A stretch of DNA of 64,000 bases from an uncultured Bacilli bacterium (lineage in GTDB: Bacteria; Bacillota_I; Bacilli_A; RF39; UBA660): the NCBI GenBank assembly GCA_947627915.1, contig CANQXT010000001.1:2231-66230 (forward strand), given 5' to 3'. Every line of letters begins with the position of its first letter. Positions within the stretch are counted from its first letter, which is position 1. The notes under the pieces are model-generated. The model saw nothing but the letters and a program-made list of their open reading frames with translations. It was not told the origin of the DNA and did no database searches. The position numbers and the translations under genes are program-made. Positions 46,601-56,268 of this stretch are shown one piece after another.

Positions 46601-48844
46601 TTAAGTACGCTTTTTAAATAATCCTTTAATCATTAACATTTGATAAATAATTGCCAATAATATAATTACACTAATTAATAAGAATGGATATAAATAAATG
46701 CTATAATTAAATCGAATAATATTTATTGTATAACCTAAGTTATAAGATATTATTAAATTACCTAATATAATAGATATAGTAATTAAAAGATAAGTCATTA
46801 AAAGAGCGATTAATCCTAACATTAAAGATTTAAAAATAAATATTTTTTTTATAATTAAATCTTTTATACCTAAAGAATACAATGTCAATATTTTATCTTT
46901 ATTACTCTTAAATACAAAATGGATATAAACAATAATTATTAATATGTTTACCAAAGCGAATATACAACCTAAAAAAGTAAAAATTGTTTTCACTTGACTA
47001 ACTAGTAGATTAATATTAGCCATATCATCACTATATAATGTTTTAAATTCAATATGTTCTTTATCAATGGAAAATAAATTTTTTAATTGTATTTTACTAG
47101 CATTATTAACATATATCTCTTTAACTAGTTGATGATTTAAATAAACATTATTTAATAAATTTTTATTAATAATTGTTAAATTGCCAATATCAATTACCTC
47201 TAATTCATAACTTAAATCATTCATATTATATAAATCATATAAATCCCATAGTTGCAGTTTTATTTTATCACTTTTTATAATAGATTGTTCTTTTGCTAAA
47301 TCTTTACCAATAATTATTTGCTTTAAATTTATATTTTCATCACTAATATAATTAATAGTCATATTATCGTTGTACTTTAACCCTAAAGTCATATTGGTAT
47401 AACTATTGGAATTAAAATTAGATATTTCAAAAAAATTTGAATTAATATAATATCTATATAAATATTGCATTATAATATTTTCATCATCATTATTAAGCGT
47501 ATCTTTATTTTTTATATCTTCATCTACTAAATAAATACCTACTATCTTTAATCTTACATCATTAACTAAAATTTCTTGGTTTAATAAATCAGTATAATTA
47601 TTTATTTCTATAATTTGATTATCTACATTACTTACGCCTAGACGAATAATATAATCGGCAAGAAAGTTAGAAATCATTAACTCATTTGCCCCTTTGGGAA
47701 GATTACCTATATAATTAAATTTATTTTCTTTAAGATCAACAAATATATTGTTATCTTCCGAACTATTATTATAAAATTTATAGTATTCCGTTATATTATC
47801 CGTATTCTTAAAAGTAAAAGTAAATACTTCGTTATTAACTATTAAATTACTACCATAAGAATAATTATAATTTTGTAAAAAAGATTCTAAATAATTTCTT
47901 TCAGAAACATTAAAACCCATTGTATAACTGTTTCTATCATCATTTTTTACAATTGTAATATTATTTTGATGATTATTAACAAGTGCTTCAGCATATGATT
48001 CATTTAGATCAAATTGAGTAAACATTATAGAAAAACCAAAGAAAAACATAGCCATAGTCATTGTTATAACAGCTAGTAAATATAAATTATTTTTCGTTTT
48101 AAATACTTTTTTAGATAAAAATTTTATTAGATTATTACTATATTCATAATCCTTTAAATAATAGTTAGATTGTTCATTTACATTAGAATGATTAACTTCA
48201 ATTAAACCATCAACTATATTCAAAATAGAATCTGCATAAATAGTAGCTCTATTTTTATCGTGACTCGCAACAAGAACTAGCCTTTTTTTACTTATCTCTT
48301 TTAATAATTTCCAAACTTCGTCAGAATTCTTTTGATCTAAATTACCTGTTGGTTCATCTGCAAGTATTATTTGGGGATTTTTAACAATAGCTCTAGCAAT
48401 TGCCACTCTTGCTTTTTGGCCACCTGATAATTCAACTACTTGACGATTTTTTAAATTTTCAATATCTAAATCTTTTAAAACAACATCTATTTTTTCTTCA
48501 TCATCTTGATTTTGTAAATCTAATGCTATTTTAATATTTTCATAAACAGTTAAATTATCTAATAAGTTAAATTCTTGAAAAACAAAGCCTATAACTTCGT
48601 TACGATAATTTGCTATTTCTTCCCTATTTAAGTCATTCAAACAAATATTATTAAAGAAAATATCACCTGAATTAGGGTAGTCTAGACCTCCAACAAGATT
48701 TAGTAATGTTGATTTACCACTTCCACTTTTACCAATTAAACAGAATAAACCATTATCTGGTAATGTAACATTAACATTATCTAAAGCTTTAACTGATTCA
48801 TATCTAGTTTTATATATTTTACTAATATTCTTTAATTTTATCAT
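46601..48844 (-). CDS. Fused ABC transporter ATPase + FtsX/MacB-type permease
   Basis: 747 aa. GKSGSGKSTLLN, LSGGQKARVAIARA, ILADEPTGNLD, a large extracytoplasmic domain and a C-terminal TM bundle. Close paralog of its neighbour. Confidence 0.8.
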   Translation of the reverse strand: MIKLKNISKIYKTRYESVKALDNVNVTLPDNGLFCLIGKSGSGKSTLLNLVGGLDYPNSGDIFFNNICLNDLNREEIANYRNEVIGFVFQEFNLLDNLTVYENIKIALDLQNQDDEEKIDVVLKDLDIENLKNRQVVELSGGQKARVAIARAIVKNPQIILADEPTGNLDQKNSDEVWKLLKEISKKRLVLVASHDKNRATIYADSILNIVDGLIEVNHSNVNEQSNYYLKDYEYSNNLIKFLSKKVFKTKNNLYLLAVITMTMAMFFFGFSIMFTQFDLNESYAEALVNNHQNNITIVKNDDRNSYTMGFNVSERNYLESFLQNYNYSYGSNLIVNNEVFTFTFKNTDNITEYYKFYNNSSEDNNIFVDLKENKFNYIGNLPKGANELMISNFLADYIIRLGVSNVDNQIIEINNYTDLLNQEILVNDVRLKIVGIYLVDEDIKNKDTLNNDDENIIMQYLYRYYINSNFFEISNFNSNSYTNMTLGLKYNDNMTINYISDENINLKQIIIGKDLAKEQSIIKSDKIKLQLWDLYDLYNMNDLSYELEVIDIGNLTIINKNLLNNVYLNHQLVKEIYVNNASKIQLKNLFSIDKEHIEFKTLYSDDMANINLLVSQVKTIFTFLGCIFALVNILIIIVYIHFVFKSNKDKILTLYSLGIKDLIIKKIFIFKSLMLGLIALLMTYLLITISIILGNLIISYNLGYTINIIRFNYSIYLYPFLLISVIILLAIIYQMLMIKGLFKKRT

Positions 48845-48845
48845 T

Positions 48846-51359
48846 TTAATCTTTTTCCTTTTTTATTATTTCTATTGGATTTAATTTTAATAGTTTTTTT
48901 ATTGTTGCTGTTATAGAAATATACAGAATTATAACATAAGATAATATTGTAAGAGGATAAAGATACCAATTTTGATAAATCAAATTAATTTTAAAACCTA
49001 CTTTGTTAGATATATAGTGATTAATTAAATTAGAACTTGGCATTAAACAAATTATAACTATTAAGAAAGGAATTATTGTTAACATGCATATTAATAAACT
49101 ATATATTTTTATAATATCTTTATCTTTAAATCCTAAAGATTTCATAATTCCAAAATCTTTTTTATTAGCAAATAATATAAGTAAATTAATTAATACCATT
49201 AAAACTATTAAGAATCCAAATAAAATTATCGAACTATATTTAGCAAATATTGAAGTTTTATTAATCATATTAATCATTGAACTTATTTTATTAGATAATG
49301 CTGTAGATATAATATATTTATCATTATCTATATGATTATTTAATAGGTCAATTAATTTATCTTCATTTTTTTCAGTTATGGTAATCGTATTAACATTATT
49401 TATACCAATAAAGTAATTTTCTAAAACATTATCCGATACTAAAAAAGGATTAGAATGAAATTGGCCATTATCTATTGAAGAAACATAATTAACTACTTTT
49501 AAACTATATTTTTCCATTTCTTTAGCTTTTGAATAATCATAAGGATCAGCAATAAATAAATCAATATTATTACCTAAAATATTATTTTGTTCCATATACA
49601 ATAAAGCAAAATCCCTTTCTGATAATTCTTTTTGACTTTCTAACTTATTTTCAAAATCGTTATTAGATAATAGATTTAATAAATACTTATTAAGAACAAT
49701 TTCATTATCATTTAAAAGATATGAATTATTTAAATAATAAGGTACTGTCCAAGCACTACTATTATAATCAATAAACTTATATTCATTATCTATAAAAAGG
49801 TAACTTTTAAATAATTCCGTATTTAATGAATTGTTTTGTAGGATATCTAAAGTAGTAAAGAAATTTTCATTACAATAAATAACAAAAGTTTTATTATAAA
49901 AATATCTTAATTCTTCATCAAATACAACTGCATTATTACCAAATTCATCAAGTTCATAACTAATAGTTTTGTTTTTAAAAGCATCAATGTCATAATCTAA
50001 ATCATATATACCAGTTATTTTAAAAGCTGTATTAATTGATGGATCAAATTGAAGAAAAACATCATCATTAATAATCTCATCATAACTCTTAGGATAATAT
50101 TCATTTCCTTCTTTATCTATTAAACCATAATTTATTATAAATCTAGCAAATAAATTAGAGATTAATATTTCATTATTATTTTTAGGAAAACTACCTATGT
50201 ATTTTTTAGAAAAATTCTCTTCTTTAACTTCTATAAATGATTTAATAGGAGTCATTAATTTATTGCATATTATGTTATAGCTTTCTGATGGTTCTTTTAT
50301 AATTTTATTAGCAAATTGAATTACCATATTTTGATAATTGCCAGCAATAGTATTTTCAATTTCATACTTTATATCTTTTGTATCTAAATAATTCGTTATA
50401 TCATCTATTTCAGTTTGTTTAAATTGCCAACTATGATAATCACCTACTGAATTTCTAACTAAACTAATATCATAATCATTTTTAAAATTAAGTTTTAATG
50501 CTTCAATATGTGAATTATTAATATCAAACCTAGTTAAATTAATCACAAAAGCATATAAAAAGAAGAAGATTAAAAAAATTAGACTAATTAATGAATTACG
50601 AATAATATTAGATTTAAAAATATATTTACTTACTTTAAATAAATTATTAAATTTTATTTTGGTTTGTTTTACCGGGTATTTCACTATTTCTTTAGTATCT
50701 ATTATATCTTTACTAATTTGACCATTCTCAATAAAAATAATATCATCGGCATATTTTTTAGCATTATCTTCATCGTGGGTAACAACTATTATTAAATAAT
50801 CTTTACTTAATGTTTTAAAAATATTCCAAATTATTTCCGAATTAGTACTATCAAGATTACCTGTTGGTTCATCTGCTAAAATTATTCGAGGATTTTTGAC
50901 AATAGCTCTGGCAATTGCTACTCTTGCTTTTTGGCCACCAGATAATTCTTTAATTTTTCTAAATTTTAGTGTATCTATATCTAATTGTTTCATTAAAATA
51001 TCAATTTTAGTTGTATCTTTTTTATTTTGTAATTCTAATGCTAATTTTATATTATCATAAACAGTTAATTTTTCTAACAAATAATATTCTTGAAATATAA
51101 ATCCTACTACATTGTTACGATAATCAGCTAGTTCATTGGAACTCATTATGCTTAAATCTTTATTATTAAAAATTATTTTCCCTTTAGTAGGATAGTCTAA
51201 TCCTCCAATAAGATTAAGTAGTGTTGATTTACCACTTCCACTTTTACCTAATAAAACATATAGACCAGTCTTGGGAAATGACAAATTTATATTATCAGCT
51301 GCAGTAATATTTTCTGATTTATTAGTATATATTTTACTTACATTTTTTAGTCTAATCAT
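48846..51359 (-). CDS. Fused ABC transporter ATPase + FtsX/MacB-type permease
   Basis: 837 aa. The NBD is highly similar to 46601..48844, a tandem duplicate. C-terminal FtsX-like helices (GIMKSLGFKDKDIIKIY). Confidence 0.8.
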   Translation of the reverse strand: MIRLKNVSKIYTNKSENITAADNINLSFPKTGLYVLLGKSGSGKSTLLNLIGGLDYPTKGKIIFNNKDLSIMSSNELADYRNNVVGFIFQEYYLLEKLTVYDNIKLALELQNKKDTTKIDILMKQLDIDTLKFRKIKELSGGQKARVAIARAIVKNPRIILADEPTGNLDSTNSEIIWNIFKTLSKDYLIIVVTHDEDNAKKYADDIIFIENGQISKDIIDTKEIVKYPVKQTKIKFNNLFKVSKYIFKSNIIRNSLISLIFLIFFFLYAFVINLTRFDINNSHIEALKLNFKNDYDISLVRNSVGDYHSWQFKQTEIDDITNYLDTKDIKYEIENTIAGNYQNMVIQFANKIIKEPSESYNIICNKLMTPIKSFIEVKEENFSKKYIGSFPKNNNEILISNLFARFIINYGLIDKEGNEYYPKSYDEIINDDVFLQFDPSINTAFKITGIYDLDYDIDAFKNKTISYELDEFGNNAVVFDEELRYFYNKTFVIYCNENFFTTLDILQNNSLNTELFKSYLFIDNEYKFIDYNSSAWTVPYYLNNSYLLNDNEIVLNKYLLNLLSNNDFENKLESQKELSERDFALLYMEQNNILGNNIDLFIADPYDYSKAKEMEKYSLKVVNYVSSIDNGQFHSNPFLVSDNVLENYFIGINNVNTITITEKNEDKLIDLLNNHIDNDKYIISTALSNKISSMINMINKTSIFAKYSSIILFGFLIVLMVLINLLILFANKKDFGIMKSLGFKDKDIIKIYSLLICMLTIIPFLIVIICLMPSSNLINHYISNKVGFKINLIYQNWYLYPLTILSYVIILYISITATIKKLLKLNPIEIIKKEKD

Positions 51360-51424
51360 TTACGGCGCCTCCAATACTTTAACTCTTATTGTTAATATTA
51401 TACCATATGTTCATTTCTTATTGA

Positions 51425-51631
51425 TTATTTTTTTATAGAGATAATCATCGCTACACCTTGTTCTGTAAACACACGAGGATTTTTATATTTACCTCCACGA
51501 GTTTCAATATATTTTTTGTCCGTTAATTTAAAACTAAATCTTTCTGGAAATTTTTGAGGATTATTTCTAACCGCTTCATTTACTCTCTTAATATATACTC
51601 CATAATGTTTTGCTAAACCAAAGTTTAACAT
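51425..51631 (-). pseudogene. Truncated ORF6N/KilA-N-like domain gene remnant (N-terminal 68 codons only)
   Basis: MLNFGLAKHYGVYIKRVNEAVRNNPQKFPERFSFKLTDKK...NPRVFTEQGVAMI matches the ORF6N-domain consensus ([32 protein letters not shown]...FTEQGVAML) but stops right after it. Confidence 0.45.
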
Positions 51632-51664
51632 AACTTACTTTTCTCTTGCCATACTTTTATCAAA

Positions 51665-52870
51665 TTATTTTTCTAATAACCAATCTATAATATTTTTATG
51701 AATTATACCATTTTGAGAATAGTCTAATTTATCTGTTGATATAACATATTTAGGATAGTTATCTTGAATATTATCATAAGCACCAAATTCTCTTTCTTCT
51801 GTTTCTTTATTAGAAAGTTCAAATGTAACTTGATAATACTCTTTTTGATTATGCTTTGTAGCAATAAAGTCTATTTCTTTGCCATTATTATTTCCAACAC
51901 TTACACTATAACCTCTAAAAATAAGTTCATTAAAGACAATATTTTCTAAATAGGCACCATATTGAGTTTTTTTATTTATATTTAGAATTTGTCCTAATCC
52001 TAAATCAGTTAGATAATATTTATCTTTTCTTGACAATATCCTTTTGCCTCTTATATCATAAGTAGAAATTTTAGACATTAATAGAGCTTCTTCAGCATAG
52101 TCCAAATACTCATAGATTGTTTTCGAAGAAACAGGAATCTTTTCTGTTTCAAAAACACTCATCATATTAGTTGGTGAAAATGTTTGACTTGGGTTTGTTA
52201 CTAAATACTCCATAACTCTTTCAAATATTGCTACGTTTTTTATAGAGTTTCTTTTTACGATGTCTTTTAATACTATTGAATCAAAGAGATCTTTTAAATA
52301 TGTTTGTATACCTTCTATAGATGTAAAGGAAAACCTTTGAGGCATGCCTCCCCATAACAAATAATCATTAAATGCTTCTTCTATATCACTTTTTTCTTTT
52401 ATATTTTTATACTCTACAACTTCTTTAAAATTAAATGGTGCAATTTTAAAAGTCACATATCTTCCTGATAAAAGTGTAGCTAACTCAGAAGATAAGAGTT
52501 TTGAATTAGAACCAGTTACAAATATTGAAACATTTAAAGTTGATTTAAAAGAATTAATTGCTTTTTCCCATTCATCAACCATTTGAACTTCATCAAATAG
52601 TAGAAAATATTTTTCTTTATCTTTAATTTTTTCTTTAATGTACTTATTTAAATCTAAATAATTTTTTATAAAAGAAAATTCTACATTTTCAAAATTAATA
52701 TAAATAATATGATCTCTATCATTATTATTTTCTTTTAATTCTTCAATTATTTGCAACAACAATATAGATTTACCACATCTTCTAATTCCCGTGATAACTT
52801 TTATTATGTCCATATCATAAAATTCGCGTATTTTAGATAAATATGCTTCTCTTTTTATCATTTTTATCAC
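51665..52870 (-). CDS. AAA+ ATPase of the COG1373/DUF4143 family
   Basis: 401 aa. Walker A GIRRCGKS, Walker B LLFDEVQ and the C-terminal DUF4143-like region typical of this widespread uncharacterised ATPase family. Confidence 0.75.
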   Translation of the reverse strand: MIKMIKREAYLSKIREFYDMDIIKVITGIRRCGKSILLLQIIEELKENNNDRDHIIYINFENVEFSFIKNYLDLNKYIKEKIKDKEKYFLLFDEVQMVDEWEKAINSFKSTLNVSIFVTGSNSKLLSSELATLLSGRYVTFKIAPFNFKEVVEYKNIKEKSDIEEAFNDYLLWGGMPQRFSFTSIEGIQTYLKDLFDSIVLKDIVKRNSIKNVAIFERVMEYLVTNPSQTFSPTNMMSVFETEKIPVSSKTIYEYLDYAEEALLMSKISTYDIRGKRILSRKDKYYLTDLGLGQILNINKKTQYGAYLENIVFNELIFRGYSVSVGNNNGKEIDFIATKHNQKEYYQVTFELSNKETEEREFGAYDNIQDNYPKYVISTDKLDYSQNGIIHKNIIDWLLEK

Positions 52871-52980
52871 CTAAATTAATTATACAGTTAAAGTCCAAAA
52901 AAGTCAATATATTTTCTTATAGGAAAATATAATTAAAAATATTGCTTTATGTTTTCCTATTACTTATTATTTGCCATTCC

Positions 52981-53067
52981 TAGAAATATTCAAAATAATA
53001 CCGATACTAAGCATACTCACAAGTAACGAAAAGCTACTATAACTAAGAAAAGATAAAATAACTTTCT
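52981..53067. repeat. Degenerate duplicate of the ftsW 3' end (direct repeat with 54094..54180); att-like scar
   Basis: An 87-bp direct-repeat pair with about 85% identity by eye: tagaaatattcaaaataatacc... occurs at both 52981 and 54094. Copy B encodes the true FtsW C-terminus (...LSYGGSSLLVSMLSIGIILNISKNN*). Copy A would encode ...LSYSSFSLLVSMLSIGIILNISRNGK*. Confidence 0.6.
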
Positions 53068-53124
53068 AAACATTACCAATATAGTTGATTTTTAATATGT
53101 TGCACTTTCACAATAACTAAATAA

Positions 53125-53943
53125 TTATTTTATAATTGTAAGTACATATTTTATTAAACTGCCTTTTACGATTTTATCTTCTAGTTTATTAATAGAAAAA
53201 GTTTTATTACCTGCATAATTTAGAGATGCTCCACAATGATAAATTTCTTTTTGGTCTAATATAATGTATCTATCATGAAAATCATTACTATAAAATACCT
53301 TTAAATTATTATATTGTTTTTGATATTTATTTATATCTATTTCTTTTAATAAACTATTAGTTTTACATATTATAATTACATCAATTTTTATATTTCTTAT
53401 CATATCTAAAACAGTTTTATCTGCATAATTATCAATAATAATTATATTGTTATGTGCATCATTTAAAATATCAACTATTTTAGAATAAGCATCATATATT
53501 TGTCCATTAAAATAAATTTCATTTTCTTTTTTCTTTTCTTCAAATCTATTAAAAGAATCTTGCAACAATTTTATATCTTCATCATGCTTTATTACTAAAT
53601 TATTAATATATTTTTGCTCAATCAATTCATTAGAAATATACTTGCGCATTATTACAAAAGCACGCATAATGCTAACACTTACTTTTGTGGCAATCGGAGT
53701 TCTTAAAACACTTGCAAGCATCGCAACTCCTTGCTCGGTAAAAACATATGGATTTTTTCGAACTCCACCATATCCATTCAAACTTGAAGTCCCAATTTGA
53801 AACTTCAAGTTTGAAAATTCTTCGTTGGTTAATTGAAAATAAAAATCTTCAGGAAATCTATCAATATTTCTTTTTACTGACTGATTAATTCTCTTAGTGC
53901 CATTTACTCATCCATAAAGTTTTGCTAAATCAGAGTCTAGCAT
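53125..53943 (-). pseudogene. ORF6N-domain protein gene disrupted by an in-frame TGA near the N-terminus
   Basis: From ATG 53943 the frame reads [53 protein letters not shown]...NPYVFTEQGVAMLASVLRTPIATKVSVSIMRAF, a full ORF6N domain with a TGA stop (53908-53910) after 11 codons. The ORF track starts it at a TTG at 53808, inside the domain. Confidence 0.5.
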
Positions 53944-54082
53944 AACTTGCTTTCCTCTTATTTCATAAATCATATTCTTAATTTTTTCTTCTTTAATTAA
54001 TGTAATTGTGTCCATATAAATTCCCCCTTACTGTGACCATAAGCAAACTATAGCAAATATATGTTTGTATGTCAATATTATT

Positions 54083-55168
54083 TTAATTATTTTTAGAAAT
54101 ATTCAAAATAATACCAATGCTAAGCATACTTACAAGTAAAGAAGAGCCGCCATAACTAAGGAAAGGTAAAGTAACTCCAGTCACAGGCACGAGACCAACA
54201 ACCACCGCTAGATTTAAAACCGCTTGAATAATTATTCCAAAAATTAATCCAAAACATAAATATTTTCCAAATAAATCATTTGTTTTTAAGGTAATTCTAA
54301 TACCTCTATAAAATAAGAAAAAGAAAGCACTTGTTACAATTAAAACTCCTAAAAAGCCTAATTCTTCACTAATAATTGAAAAGATAAAATCAGTTTGGGG
54401 TTCTGGTAAATAAAAATATTTTTGTCTGGATTTAAAAAAACCTTGACCAAGTATTCCGCCCGGTCCAATTGCATACAAGCTTTGAAGAATTTGGTAACCA
54501 CTTCCAAGGGGATCGCTCCAAGGATTTAAAAAACTAATTATACGCATCATTCGATAAGGTGCTGCAATAACAATCCCAATAATACCTACTAGACCAAGAA
54601 GACCTATTTTAACAAAGAAAGATACTTTTACTCCACTTATAAAAATCATTGCAATAAGAGTACAAACGATAACCATAGAGGTACCAAAATCAGGTTCTAA
54701 CATAATGATAAAAAAGAAAAAACCGATAACAAGTAAAATAGGTAAAACACCTTTAACAATACTTTTCATCTTTTTCTTATTATTTGTTAAATATTTAGCT
54801 ACAAAGATAATTAAACCAATTTTAGCAAGTTCACTAGGTTGAATTCCTAAAGAACCTATTCCAAACCAACTACGACTACCATTTCTAACACTACCTATAC
54901 CAGGTATTAAAACTAATACTAATAATATTGCACATATAAATAAAATAATATTAGCATATTTATAATATAAATGATAATCTATTTTTGAGGTAAAATAAAT
55001 GACGAATAATCCCATAAGAAAAAATATACTTTGCATTTTAACAAAATGAAAAGCATCATTAAATTTATATACTGCCCAAACATAACTAGCTGAGTATATC
55101 ATTATCAAACCAAAAACAATTAGAATGATAGTCATTATTAAAAAAGATCCATCAATTCTTTTTTTCAT
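54083..55168 (-). CDS. ftsW: SEDS-family cell-division protein FtsW/SpoVE (dcw cluster)
   Basis: 361 aa, 10 TM. FYLPEPQTDFIF and PFLSYGGSSLL motifs. Immediately downstream of mraY. Confidence 0.85.
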   Translation of the reverse strand: MKKRIDGSFLIMTIILIVFGLIMIYSASYVWAVYKFNDAFHFVKMQSIFFLMGLFVIYFTSKIDYHLYYKYANIILFICAILLVLVLIPGIGSVRNGSRSWFGIGSLGIQPSELAKIGLIIFVAKYLTNNKKKMKSIVKGVLPILLVIGFFFFIIMLEPDFGTSMVIVCTLIAMIFISGVKVSFFVKIGLLGLVGIIGIVIAAPYRMMRIISFLNPWSDPLGSGYQILQSLYAIGPGGILGQGFFKSRQKYFYLPEPQTDFIFSIISEELGFLGVLIVTSAFFFLFYRGIRITLKTNDLFGKYLCFGLIFGIIIQAVLNLAVVVGLVPVTGVTLPFLSYGGSSLLVSMLSIGIILNISKNN

Positions 55169-55195
55169 AAAACCCCCTATTTATTATTTAATTAA

Positions 55196-56188
55196 TTAAA
55201 TCCAAACACCATATGTTATAGCAACCATTGCTAAAAGTAATCCAACTACATAAAACAATTTAACAATATCACTTTCACACCAATGCAACTCTTCAAAATG
55301 ATGATGAAGAGGAGCTTTTAAAAATAATCTTTTATTAAAATTACGAATTAAAAACATTTGAATTAAACTACTTAATGTTTCAATTACAAAGACACCGCCA
55401 ATAATTGCTAAAGATAATTCGTGTCTTGTTAATATAGCAATAGTTGCTAAAGCACCTCCTAATGCTAAAGAACCAAAATCACCCATAAATACTTTAGCAG
55501 GATGACTATTATAAACTAAGAAACCAAGTAATGATCCAACTATTAAGAAACAAAAAATAGCAATTTCTTGATAACCTTCTAACCAACCACAATTCCACGA
55601 AATAATACCATAAGCTACAAAAGCAATCGCTGAAAGACCAGCACATAAACCATCTAACCCATCAGTTATATTAACTGCATTCGAAGTACCTACTAATAAA
55701 AATAAGATAAAGATACCAAATGTCCATCCTAAAGGTATTATAATATTTAATGCTGTAAATTCAAGAGTTGATTTACCTCCACTCTTCATAAAGAAATAAA
55801 AGAATACTAAAGCAATAATCATTTGAATTAAGAATTTAGTAACAATACTTAAACCTTTATTATTATTTAATTTAACCTTTAATAAATCATCTATTCCTCC
55901 TAAAAGAGCATATGCTAAAAAGACAAATATCAGAATAAATAAATTATAACTAAAATTAATACTTTTATTAATATATAACAAAATTAAAGAAAAAATGGTT
56001 GGAAAAATAAATATTATCCCTCCCATTGTTGGAGTTCCTTCTTTTTCTAAATGACGTTCATTAATTGTTCTACTAACTTTTTGACCTATATTAAACTTTT
56101 TTAATAATGGTATAAAAATAAGACCACTGGCAATTGCCAAAACAAAGCCTAACATCATAGCCATAGCAGCTTTTGCTAAAATTAACAT
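55196..56188 (-). CDS. mraY: Phospho-N-acetylmuramoyl-pentapeptide transferase
   Basis: 330 aa, 10 TM. NAVNITDGLDGLCAGLS motif and DxxD. Confidence 0.85.
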   Translation of the reverse strand: MLILAKAAMAMMLGFVLAIASGLIFIPLLKKFNIGQKVSRTINERHLEKEGTPTMGGIIFIFPTIFSLILLYINKSINFSYNLFILIFVFLAYALLGGIDDLLKVKLNNNKGLSIVTKFLIQMIIALVFFYFFMKSGGKSTLEFTALNIIIPLGWTFGIFILFLLVGTSNAVNITDGLDGLCAGLSAIAFVAYGIISWNCGWLEGYQEIAIFCFLIVGSLLGFLVYNSHPAKVFMGDFGSLALGGALATIAILTRHELSLAIIGGVFVIETLSSLIQMFLIRNFNKRLFLKAPLHHHFEELHWCESDIVKLFYVVGLLLAMVAITYGVWI

Positions 56189-56268
56189 ACTATCACCCTC
56201 TTATTTAATTATACAATACTAAATATATATTCTTGAGTTTCATTTTATTAAATTGACAAAAATTGACA

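Noticed and set aside
49084-49335. 83-aa plus-strand ORF inside the ABC gene
   Set aside because: Antisense shadow ORF.
51764-51949. 61-aa plus-strand ORF inside the AAA ATPase gene
   Set aside because: Antisense shadow ORF.
53908-53910. In-frame TGA in the ORF6N gene as evidence for genetic code 4 (TGA=Trp)
   Set aside because: All long housekeeping ORFs (up to 977 codons) are TGA-free and encode Trp with TGG. In this AT-rich genome TGA would otherwise be frequent in-frame, so the TGA is a genuine disruption.
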